DNA of 64,000 nt from Monocercomonoides exilis PA203 (Eukaryota; Protista; Preaxostyla): assembly GCA_001643675.2 (NCBI GenBank), contig LSRY02000013.1, positions 1 to 64,000 of the forward strand. Reading direction: 5' to 3'. Every line of letters begins with the position of its first letter. Within the stretch, counting starts at the first letter, position 1. A program made the translations under genes and the position numbers. The notes under the pieces are model-generated. The model was not told where the DNA came from. It was given only the letters and a program-made list of their open reading frames with translations, and made no database searches. Positions 1 to 12,900 of this stretch are shown piece by piece.

Positions 1-2880
1 TAACCCTAACCCAACCCTAACCCTAACCCTAACCCTAACCCTAACCCTAACCCTAACCCTAACCTAACCCCTAACCCTAACCTCAACTCTGCACCTAACC
101 CCTAACCCTAACCTAACCCTAACCCTAACCCTAACCCTAACCCTTAACCCTAACCCTAACCCCCTAACCCTAACCCTAACCCTAACCTAACCCTAACCTA
201 ACCCTAACCCTAACCCTAACCCTAACCCTAACCCTAACCCTAACCCTAACCCTAACCCTAACCCTAACCTAACCCTAACCCTAACCCTAACCCTAACCTA
301 ACCTAACCCTAACCCTAACCCTAACCCTAACCCTAACCTAACCCTAACCCTAACCCTAACCCTAACCCTAACCCCTAACCCTAACCCTAACCCTAACCTA
401 ACCCTAACCTAACCTAGTTTCTTAACCCTAACCCTAACCTAACCCTAACCCTAACCCTAACCCTAACCCTAACCCCTAACCCTAACCCTAACCCTAACCC
501 TAACCCTAACCCTAACCCTAACCCTAACCCTAACCCTAACCCTAACCCTAACCCTAACCCTAACCCTAACCCTAACCCTAACCCTAACCCTAACCTAACC
601 CTAACCCTAACCCTAACCTAACCCTAACCCTAACCCTAACCCTAACCCTAACCCTAACCCTAACCCTAACCCTAACCCCTAACCCTAACCCTAACCCTAA
701 CCCTAACCCTAACCCTAACCCTAACCCTAACCCTAACCCTAACCCTAACCCTAACCCTAACCCTAACCCTAACCCTAACCCTAACCCTAACCCTAACCTA
801 ACCCTAACCCTAACCCTAACCCTAACCCTAACCCTAACCCTAACCCTAACCCTAACCCTAACCCTAACCCTAACCCTAACCCTAACCCTAACCCTAACCC
901 TAACCCTAACCCTAACCCTAACCCTAACCCTAACCCTAACCCTAACCCTAACCCTAACCCTAACCCTAACCCTAACCCTAACCCTAACCCTAACCCTAAC
1001 CCTAACCCTAACCCTAACCCTAACCCTAACCCTAACCCTAACCCTAACCCTAACCCTAACCCTAACCCTAACCCTAACCCTAACCCTAACCCTAACCCTA
1101 ACCTAACCCTAACCCTAACCCTAACCTAACCCTAACCCTAACCCTAACCCTAACCCTAACCCTAACCCTAACCCTAACCCTAACCCTAACCCTAACCCTA
1201 ACCCTAACCCTAACCTAACCCTAACCCTAACCCTAACCCTAACCCTAACCCTAACCCTAACCCTAACCCTAACCCTAACCCTAACCCTAACCCTAACCTA
1301 ACCCTAACCCTAACCCTAACCCTAACCCTAACCCTAACCCTAACCCTAACCCTAACCCTAACCTAACCCTAACCCTAACCCTAACCCTAACCCTAACCTA
1401 ACCCTAACCCTAACCCTAACCCTAACCCTAACCCTAACCCTAACCCTAACCCTAACCCTAACCCTAACCCTAACCCTAACCCTAACCCTAACCCTAACCC
1501 TAACCCTAACCCTAACCTAACCCTAACCTAACCCTAACCCTAACCCTAACCTAACCCTAACCCTAACCTAACCCTAACCCTAACCCTAACCCTAACCCTA
1601 ACCCTAACCCTAACCCTAACCCTAACCCTAACCCTAACCCTAACCCTAACCCTAACCCTAACCCTAACCCTAACCCTAACCCTAACCCTAACCTAACCCT
1701 AACCCTAACCCTAACCCTAACCCTAACCCTAACCCTAACCCTAACCCTAACCCTAACCCTAACCCTAACCCTAACCCTAACCCTAACCCTAACCTAACCC
1801 TAACCCTAACCCTAACCCTAACCCTAACCCTAACCCTAACCCTAACCCTAACCCTAACCCTAACCCTAACCTAACCCTAACCCTAACCTAACCCTAACCC
1901 TAACCCTAACCTAACCCTAACCCTAACCCTAACCCTAACCCTAACCCTAACCCTAACCCTAACCTAACCCTAACCCTAACCCTAACCCTAACCCTAACCC
2001 TAACCCTAACCCTAACCCTAACCCTAACCCTAACCCTAACCCTAACCCTAACCCTAACCCTAACCCTAACCCTAACCCTAACCCTAACCCCTAACCCTAA
2101 CCTAACCCTAACCCTAACCCTAACCCTAACCCTAACCCTAACCCTAACCCTAACCCTAACCCTAACCCTAACCCTAACCTAACCCTAACCCTAACCCTAA
2201 CCCTAACCCTAACCCTAACCCTAACCCTAACCCTAACCCTAACCCTAACCCTAACCCTAACCCTAACCCTAACCCTAACCCTAACCCTAACCCTAACCCT
2301 AACCCTAACCCTAACCCTAACCCTAACCCTAACCCTAACCCTAACCCTAACCCTAACCCTAACCCTAACCCTAACCTAACCCTAACCCTAACCCTAACCC
2401 TAACCCTAACCCTAACCCTAACCCTAACCCTAACCCTAACCCTAACCCTAACCCTAACCCTAACCCTAACCCTAACCCTAACCCCTAACCCTAACCCTAA
2501 CCCTAACCCTAACCCTAACCCTAACCCTAACCCTAACCCTAACCCTAACCCTAACCCTAACCCTAACCCTAACCTAACCCTAACCCTAACCCTAACCCTA
2601 ACCTAACCCTAACCTAACCCTAACCCTAACCCTAACCCTAACCCTAACCCTAACCCTAACCCTAACCTAACCCTAACCCTAACCCTAACCTAACCCTAAC
2701 CCTAACCCTAACCCTAACCTAACCCTAACCCTAACCTAACCCTAACCCTAACCCTAACCCTAACCTAACCCTAACCCTAACCCTAACCCTAACCCTAACC
2801 CTAACCCTAACCCTAACCCTAACCCTAACCCTTACCCTAACCTAAACCCTAACCCTAACCCTAACCCTAACCTAACCTAG
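1..2880 (-). repeat. Telomeric array (TTAGGG)n, read as (CCCTAA)n on +
   Basis: ~2.9 kb near-perfect CCCTAA tandem array from base 1, C-rich strand at the 5' end as expected for a left chromosome end. Scattered CCTAA and CCCCTAA variants. Ends ...CCCTAACCTAACCTAG at 2880. Confidence 0.99.
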
Positions 2881-5800
2881 AATCACTGTTGAACGATTCA
2901 ATCAAACGTTGATATGAAGGAGACATTGAACGAGAAGTCAGATGTTCCCTTTGAGATGGATAACTCGATGATTGATATTGGCTGGGAACAGATGGACGAT
3001 ATGACGGTGGTGAAAAGAAACCAGGCTGTGATGGTGAATACACTCCTCCAACTTCTGCTTCGACTTTGTTTGAACTCTTTTGTCTTCCTCTTCGAATTGC
3101 ATCGTTTCTTCCTTAAAGAAAAAATTCAACATGTATCAACTTCAAACAAAACAAATTCAGCGAAAAACACACTTTTGTGACAGAATCCGTAGTTGCTATT
3201 GCACAAAGAAAAATGAAATAAAAATGACAAAAATAAAAACAATGAAGATCAAACATTCGCCTTTGCTCACTTTCATTTGAATTGTACATCTTTTTTTTCA
3301 ACTCAATAACACAATTTTTATCTTATTTATATCTATTTCTATTAATATGCAAAATGGGAATGAAAATCACTTTTTCAGAATGTGGATCAAAATGGAGTTT
3401 ATGAACAGAAAAAACAATATTTCAGCTTGAAAGAAAAATTCAATAGCTAACAAAGGTATTACAGATATTATATTGCAAATTTATTTGTTATAAGTTAAAG
3501 ATATCATTTAAATTGTTTTGCAAATTTTGTTTATAATCCAGAAAGATTAAAAAGGAAAGTTTTTCAGCAAAGAATGATTCATGATTGTCAACGATCGAAG
3601 ATACAGCTTTGAACTCACTGATGAATATGATAAGAATGTCAGGAACATTCAAAAATAGGTTTTTGTTGTGTTTAATGAAATTGGATCAATGAACAAAGAA
3701 AATTGTTCTTGATGAAGAATGATCAATTTTTGTGGAATAGTTCATTAAACGAACAAGATGGCAACTTCAACGCTGAGCCAAATCGTTGAATTGTTTGTTA
3801 CTCATAAAGTTTCATTATATGATATTAGTTTTTCAGCTATTTTTTGTCAATTTATTCAGAAAAATCTGTGACTTGTTATTTTCTATTTATTTGATAAATA
3901 TTTCTCAAATCGCCTTCATTTCATTTCATATCAATGAATTAAATAAAATATAAGAATTTTGAAAGAGTATTAATTGTATTTTTACGATAGAATGAAATGA
4001 ATAAAAGAAAAATAAAAAAACAAAAGAAAAACTGCACTCTATCATTTAGAATAAAAATCTTAAACGAATTCATAAAGAATAAACATCAAAGAAACATAAT
4101 GAATGTTAATGAAAAACGATAAAAGCATCTTAACAGATATAAAAGCTTAACAAGCAAAAACAAAGGTGACATTTTTTGAGATATAAAAGGACAATTTCTT
4201 AATAATCTTATGAATTATCATACTGAAAGATTCAAAAGAACACTTCAAACTTTAGACTGAATCATAAAATGGAAAAAGAACGAAAAGAATTGCAAAAAAT
4301 ACGTGATAAGCATTTCATTATCAAAAACCATCTTTCGAAACATAAAACAAAGATTTATCAAACAAAAATTGTTCAAAAACAAAATATTTAATACAAACTC
4401 AACGCATTTTCTCCTTTATAAATGGCTATTATTGAATGCTGTTTATTAATACTTTCTTTTGGTTATCGGATCATAGAGGATAAAAGAAATGAAAAATTTT
4501 TGAACGAATTTTTATCTTTCCTTATCATCAAAAAAATATTGAAATGAATTTAATATCACCTTGCAAACCAAGAAATGCTGAAAGTGTGTTCAATTATATT
4601 CATAGAGTTTTATAAATTTTTTCCATTTGTTAGTTTAAATCTATATTCAAATTAAGACATTTTGAAACAGACGAATAACTTAATAAATGAAGCAATGAAG
4701 AAGTGTCCAAGAACAATGTTGAAGAGAATATCTCCGTATCTTATGAAAAACAGGTTTGACTTTTTTCTTATTTTGAATTAACATTTTTCATTGGAAAAAG
4801 AGGAAAACAGAGTGAACGTGCAATATTAAAAAGATAGACAGAAAAATTGATACAACGCTGCATGCTTATTGACTTATATGCACAAAATACAGATGAATGA
4901 CATAATTATGATGAATAAAACTTCGAAGAAATTGTATCAAGCCTGTTATTTTAAATATATGAGGGTTCATTCAAAAACATGTTTGCATTATTGATTTATA
5001 ACATTTTTAACAATCTTTTTCGTTTGTAATGTTTTTGTCCGTTGAATGATTGAATGGATATTTTCTTTTTTCAAAAGAAAATATAACATTCAATCCATGG
5101 TCTTTATGCGAAAATTTGTGACAATTATCTTCGTGTTCATTATATTCTATTTTTTTCCTTCATTTCTTTCAAAAATTATTAAAACTTCACTTGATTTTAT
5201 AAAAAAAAACAGTTCTTTTTTTATTAAAGTTTAATATTTTTGTGGTATTGAAATGAAAAAGACAAGATCTTAAAAAATTGCGAGTGAAATTGAAAAAAAT
5301 AGTAATTACAAAAAGATATTTCTGTTATTTAAACAGCATTTGTTATGTTTTGCTATTTAACCAACAAAAAACTGAATTTGTTTGTAAAAAAGGATTCTAT
5401 TGATGTTTAATATTAATAATAAAGTTAATCAAATAAAAATATTCCTTAATAACAGAGCAAACCGTGATTTTTATTTGATTGATTATTTCAGTCTAATTTG
5501 ACTGGAATGTCAAATTTTGCAAAGTTGAGAAATATCTTCAAAACTGAGATGAAATAGCGAAAAAACGGTGTGATAATCAATTGTATCTATATTTAACATG
5601 TTATTAATATAATAATTATTTTGATTTGTATTATAATCATAGAAAAAAATAGAAGTCAAACCTGGTTTTTCGGCATTTGCAATTTTTCCTCTTCGCGCTG
5701 CGAACATCCCGCTAAAGCACTTCATTTTAATTATGATTACCACCTGCATGCTTTTTATTTAGTCATATCATCTCATTCGTGAGATAATTTTGATGATGAA

Positions 5801-6182
5801 AAAATAAAAAAATTTCATTATGGTATTTTTGATTTTTTTCGAGTTTTCAATTTTTACTTGATTAACCGTTTTGATAATAAATATTAATTGAGCTAATTAA
5901 TAATAAACATGTTAAAAATGTTTATTTTACAAATTGGCAGCATTTCATAGAAATTTTTCAAAAATTCATTTTCACAGGTGAGTTGATATGGGATGTCAAA
6001 TAACCTAAACTAGTTGACATTTTTTTCAGAAATATTTTTCCTTGTTTTGCATCCTTTTGCTTTTTTCTTTTGTTTTACACTTATAACAGTTTATAATTTG
6101 CATTAATATCGAGTTGCCACACACTTTTTCCAAAAAAAGTTTTTTGAGTGGGGAAAAGCGAAAAAATTAATTATGGGTCTGA

Positions 6183-6410
6183 GTTAGGTTAGGGTTTGTT
6201 TTTGTGCAGCCTACGGTTGTCCAAATTTATTTTTGAGATTGCCACAGCTCCCCGGGGCGGTGTCTGTTCCTCACCAAAGGTTGTCTGGTGGTAGTGGTGG
6301 GCAAGCACTGTCACCCAGTATTTTCAGTTTCTGCCGCACCCCCTCCCCCGGCGAGAAAAACGCCTTTCAAGATTCTGGATGCGTCGTCTTTTCCCCTAAC
6401 CTAACCTAGA
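6183..6410. repeat. Inverted pair of telomere-variant motifs flanking a ~200 bp GC-rich island
   Basis: GTTAGGTTAGGG (6183-6194) is the exact reverse complement of CCCTAACCTAAC (6394-6405). 6394-6410 is identical to the telomere junction 2865-2881. Confidence 0.8.
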
Positions 6411-9400
6411 TTTCTCTTTCAAACCTCTTCTCCTCCACAATAAGTGAAGGATTGGTCAACTCTCTAAACCCATTTTCGACACGAATTGTGCTGTCATTTC
6501 TGATGAGCCACGTATTTGACAGATATCCTGTTTTATCCTCTGATTACCTTCTGTCGCTGCTGCTTCCTCGTCCTCAGGCAAACTTGGCATTCCACAGAGC
6601 GATCTATTCATTGCTCAAAAGCAACAGCCACAAACTCACTCATTCTGCTCGGAATATGATGAGATCGCACTGTCACACGCTGAGCAACAACACCATCTCA
6701 TCCATTAGCATCGAATCTCCTTCTGCCTTTCTCTTCATATCGAAATGATCATCAGAGCAACCCCTGAGTTTGCAACAGTTTTAGAATTGTTCCACAAATC
6801 AAGCAATACGCAGGATATTTCAAGCACTTCAATTTCTGAGAATGTTTCAAGCAACAAGCACAAACGAAAGCACCACAGCCACCACTCACTCTTCGCCCAG
6901 ATGAAAAAGCGTTCGTCGAGGCTATTCTACACATTGCCATCACATTATCTTCGTGGTTCTGAACTGCGTAGCTCATAAGGCAGTACATCTGGCGATTCTT
7001 TCATCTCTTCGATTCTTGTTTCTTTGGAAATTCAGCACTTTCGTTATCATTAACATCATCTTTTGCAGCGACATCTGCTTCCATTAATGCGTTGTCTTCC
7101 TCTTCATTCGCCCAGCCGCATCCGGCTCCTCCGCGCACTCGACATGTACACATGCGCCATTCCTCGTGGAATCAGACATCTTCTCAGCCAAACTCCTTCG
7201 ACTTCATTTTGAGCTAACTTTCTTCTCTTTCTTCTCCTTCTTCTCCATTTCACATTCAATCTAACTCACACTCAAGTGGATTTCATTCTATTCTTTCAAG
7301 TTATCATCATCATTTTTTTTTCTTCTTTTTCTTCTTCAATCCCATCTGCCTTTGCCAATCTACTTCGATCAGATAAACTACGTCTACGGTTTCTATCACC
7401 AGACACCCGCTCCCTGCCATCCCATCTACATCAACCATTCCAAACAGCGTTCACGGCCTCTCGCAGCTGCACAAAGAAGACAGTCTTCCTTCTTTCAAAT
7501 GAAAAGACCAGGCGAATTCTAATCATCAATTGTGAGAATCGCTTCTCAAGAAGTTGAAAATGCTGAGGCAGCAGCACTCGGCACAAGCCGTATGGAGTAT
7601 TCACAGCTGTTATTAGATGTATTTGGTTCTTGCTAAAAGGAGTCTACTCAAGTGGCTGATCTGTTTTGGTTCGATCCATGCATCGCAGTGCATTTAACGC
7701 TGTCGGTGAAGAAGGAGTCGATGTAGAGATTGCTGTGGGATAATGGCTTGTTGTTTTCGTCAGGTGAAGAAGGAGCTTATAGAAATTCAGCCAAATCGAA
7801 AAAGAAGAGAGAGAAGAAGGCAAATAGAAGAAGATTGAAAGAAATAGAAAGCGATTCTCCTTCTGCAAACGAATCAGATTTCCATCTGGAAGACAAAAAC
7901 TGCAGCTATTGCTCACTCAATATGATTGACAGGATTGCCACTGGCTTCTGTGCATCAGGGAATAATGTCTGAACAGCTGAAATCTAGCATCCACGACCAC
8001 AACGAGACCGTGCAGCAGCAAGCTTACACGCCTAACGCTCTGTTTCACGGGATAAAAGAATACGATTTGCTTTATGTGCAGACAACTGTGAAGATAATGT
8101 AGACACTTTTGTTGTCACATCTGTAACACCTCAGTCATTCGGCTCAGTGAACATCGTCAAACCAACTTCATTTGCGAGCGAAGGCCACAAAAGAAGGATG
8201 AAGGAAGAGCTCAACTTCTTCCCTATTGAGCTGCCCCGCCAGCCATCTCCAATGATTCCGTTCCACAAGTCTAGAATGAGAAATTCACAGCAGCCGTTTC
8301 TGTCGCCTCACACTGCAACATCTCCTTTGTGTATCGCGCATTCGCCGATGCCGCAAGGGGATTCTGTTTCTCGCCATCCAATCATCCACAAGAGGCACGT
8401 GTGGATGCTTTTGTACGCGAATATGATCCTGAAAAAAATGTAATTTTAGAAAATAAGATTAAATGATTTTCATATCAGAGAAAAATATTAAACAAAAAAA
8501 GCATACATAAATAGAATAATCATTTGTCTATTAATTGATTTATTTCTATATCATCTTTAAATATATTCCAGTACTGAAGAAAACTTTCAATAAAAAAAAG
8601 TTAAAAAATATCAATAACCAAAAAATCACACGTCTTGATCTTCACGCTAAATTGTTATTTTTATGAAGTGCAAAAAAATAAAAATTTTGCCAGAGTGCTG
8701 CCGATTTTGTAACATTTGGAAAATTTTTCCCTCTCTTAACTCTCTCTATTTGCAATATTGTAAGCAATATTCTCTCTCTTTTTCGGCTCAATGAAGTGAC
8801 TCATAATTATTCTTTACTTCCGTCAGCTCCAACTAGCCAATCAAAATGAACACTTTCAAAAAAATCTTGAATTTTGTAATGAAAAATTTATTATATAAAA
8901 ATGCATAAAAACAAAAAACAAAACAAACCTACCACAGTAAACGCTTGCCAGCACAGTCTTATACCAGAAAGCAAGAGGAATATGCTAAGCGGAAGGAGAT
9001 AGCTCAACGTATCTCCTTTGCTTTTGGTGCATATTAAGGGGAGATCACAAAATTTTTCCAAAAAAAATCAGAAAATTTTGTTTGAGATTTTTGATAAAAA
9101 TTCACATATAACATTTTTATTAATAAATGATTATTAATTAACATGAATATGTTAAAAAGTCATACTGTTCATGTTGCATTATTTTTTTTGAATTATGATT
9201 GAGGCTCCACAAAATGAATATATATATATATCAAACAGAAATTAAATATTAATGTTAAATGAAATATTTTCAAACGATTTATCATATTTATAATAATCGT
9301 AAATTCGTTGTCATCAAAATTCAGTTATTGATGACCCCCTTCAAATTTGAATTTTCATATTCTCCGAATCCAAACTTGTAATTAAAAAAACAATAAACAT

Positions 9401-9985
9401 ATCAATTGTCTATCTTCTATTTTGTTGAAATCATGTTTCAAAGAATTTTAAAAAATGTTTTTAAATGACAATAAAATAAAAAAAATTTTCATATTGGAAT
9501 CATTTTTTTTCATCATTGATAATCTTTCAAATTCTCAACGAATACGAAACAGATTTACACAAATTTCATGCATGTTATAATTCAAGTGTGTATTTATGGA
9601 AATCACACTTGTTCAAAAACCATTTGTATTTCTGCCTTTCTGCAGACATAGTGAAATTTTTTAGACCCAAAATGCTGAAAACTGGAAAATGATCTGTTTA
9701 TGGTTTCATCGAAAAAAAATTTTTTCCCATACATATAAATTTTATTTGAGGAAAATAACACATGCACATGATATAACATTCTTTATATTAATTATTAATA
9801 TTTATATCTCTCAAAATAAGATGCGTTGTGAATGTGAAAAACAATGAAAACTTTAAGACAATAAAAATTTCAAATAAAAAGGAAATATTACACATCAAAA
9901 ACATGCGATGTGCAAGAAGGTGATAAAGCCAAAACAGCTTATGAGTGAATGAAATAAAAAATATCAAGAGTGAACATGAATCAAA

Positions 9986-12900
9986 TTAATTTGATTCTTT
10001 AAAATCACGATGAGAAGCTTTGAATTTTTCATATTTTGTGAGAGCCCTCTTTTTATTGGGATTTTTCTGTTTTTTAAGAATGTTTCTGATTCTATCTCTG
10101 CAGCAGTTGTCTGATCTCCCTTCAAGAGCTTGACTAGCTTCCTTGAAAGAAGATCCATTTGTGATTAGTTGCAACAGTATTTTATCCTCCTCCGGAGTCC
10201 ACTTTTTCCTTGATTTTGTTCCGACTGCATTGTTTATTGGACGATTTTCTCGAAGAAAATTTTTGACTTTTGGCTTTGTTAAATTTAACATTTTTTGTCC
10301 AGTTAAATATTGTTCAATGCTCGAAACGTAAGATAAAACAGCATCGGTGACATTTTTGGTTATTGACAATTGTTTAAGCACTTCATCTCTTGACAATTTC
10401 AATATTGAAACATTCGATGTGTTATGAATTTTTTTGTTGCTCAAATAATTTGCAGCTGCCATTTTGTTCAAACGGATTACACATGAATAAGGGTAATGTC
10501 TTTGACTGCATGCGTATTTAAGGATTTCCAAAACATAAAAATCAAATGCCGAGATGATTGAATCAATTTTCCAAGAAGGTTCATTGAGTTTGATGTTATG
10601 ATAAACACTAGGCTCCGTAAGTGATTTGTCAAATAACTCTTCAGATTCAACATCTTCATTTGGAACAAGCAAACGACTTGCAACAACAATTGATTTTTCT
10701 GTTTCTTTCACATAATTCCATTGTGCAGCTGATCCAGCTTGCCAGTTCCCAACAAGGGCAGTTGCCTCAATAATGGAATCTTTTTTTGATGGATCACTTC
10801 TTCCTTTGATTAGCGCAGAACAAATGAACCCTGATCTTAACGAATGAAATCCAAAAATGTTCTCTGGATATCCAGCTTGCTTTGCTCTTTTCTGCAATCT
10901 AACTCTCATCACACCCTTGCGAACTCCCCACAAATATTGTTGTCCCAATTGATCCAGATCCCATTCATCGAATTCTGTGAGTGATAATCCATATTCTTCT
11001 ACTAAAAATTGCTCCAACCACCACACCACATTTTATGTTGATTTATTTGCAATATCTCCTTTAACAGTTACACAATGATCGTCACCTCTCACCCCCTTTC
11101 CACACTCCAAATTTATTGTCACTTTTACGTATGTTGAATTTTCTTTAGAGAAAACTCTGACAATGTCCTGGAGTCTTATATGCGAACATGTGTGCGCTCT
11201 AGCCCCTGTAGAAAGCGCAAACAAAAACAACGACGCCTCCAACGGTTTTTCTACAACCCAGTCTGGATAGCACTTCAGAATCCATTCCAAATCTGTTACA
11301 ACTAGTGGCTGCTTTTGCCACTTTAAATCTTCATCTTTTTCATATAAGTTTGATCTTCTATTTCTTTCTTTTTTCAACTCCACAAATTTCTGTACTTCAC
11401 ACATTGCGCGATTCATGCTCTTTCGAACTTTTTCATCTATTGGAACACCTGTTCGTAATTCCGATATTTGAAATATACCATTGATAATACTGCATTGAAC
11501 AGATTTATAGTTGTAGCCAGCTCCAATACCAAGCAATTTCACAAACCCATATATTGGTTTTGCCTGGACTGGCCAAGGTTCGATTTTTCGAGTTTGGCAG
11601 TAATCCATCTACATTTTGAAAGCCCAACAGTGATTTTTGACAGTGTCCTTGCTGAACGGCAACCCATCATCGAAATATGGTTCCAATTCTTCTATGGAAT
11701 GATCACGAAGAATCTCAGATAATTTTGTTGGTGAGTCGAGAGAAAATCTGGCAGTTGTTAAAGCAGGAGATGATGATTGTGTCAAAGGTCTAGAAAGTTC
11801 TTTAAGTTCAGAATGATTGAAAGCTCCATACATATCTTCAAGATCGACGACTTTTGCAAATTCAATATTATCAGTTGCAGTGTCATTTAGACTTTTTGGT
11901 TTGCTTTCAATTTCATTCAGTTTTTCTTTCAATAAAGAAATATTGTCTTCTGAACACAGCACTGATTTTTTGCGAAGTTTAGGTTTTGATTTCATTGATG
12001 ATGAATAATGAGGAGTGATTTTCTTTTTTCTTTTCATGACATCTGATGATGATGAGATGAAATTGTTATCAGTAACTGTCTCATCAGAATCTTCGAATGA
12101 TGAATCGCTTATAGAACATATGATTGAAGAAGATGATGAAGAAATTGAATCAGTTATTTTTGAGGATGAATCACTCATATCACTTTCGGACAGTGGCACA
12201 TAATCTTCATCGTTTTTCTTTTTTTCTTTTTGAATTGCGTCCGATTTCGTAATGATTGCCATCTTGTTCAAACACTCTTCTTTTGCTTTTCTTTGAGGTC
12301 TGGTTGAAGCAAAAGCACTTTCGATTTCAGTGTTTATTTTATTAGTTGATTTTTTTGTCACTCTTTTTCTTCTCCTCAATTTTTTTGATTTCACACTTTT
12401 GAATTTCACACATTCATTTTCTGTTTCCTCATTTTCATCTTTTTCTTCTTTTTTCTCATTTTCCATTTTTTTGCAATCATCGGATGATGATTCATTTAAT
12501 ACTTCAGCGAGTATTTCATCAATCGGAATTGCTTCCAAGTCGAATGGATCTTCTGTTGAATATTGTGAGGAAGAAGCAGATGCAATTGACTATGATTGTT
12601 CAATTAATGTTGCTTCTGAAGATGACACTGATGCAGAAGTGTAGTGAAGAGTTGAACAACAATTTGTTGTTGAGATATTTGAATGTGTATCATGAACTAT
12701 TTCTTCATTCTTTTTGTTCTTTTGACTTCTTTTGCCTCTTTTGCTCTTGTAATGTTTAGTAATTTCATTTTTTGAACGAGCACGGTTCGATTGAGCATGA
12801 GTTGAATTGGAAGTGATTTTTGATGTTCGGCTTTTTGAAATGCGCTTTGTTTTTTCGGCTGTGTAATTTGTTGATTCCATGAATTGAATACATTTTTCGT

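Noticed and set aside
6394-6410. CTAG as a Helitron 3' end
   Set aside because: Followed by A rather than T, no clear hairpin ~11 nt upstream, no Rep/helicase remnant.
6500-6545. CTGATGAG as the core of a hammerhead ribozyme, as in telomere-associated Penelope-like elements
   Set aside because: No stem II followed by GAAA downstream, and no reverse transcriptase seen in the window.
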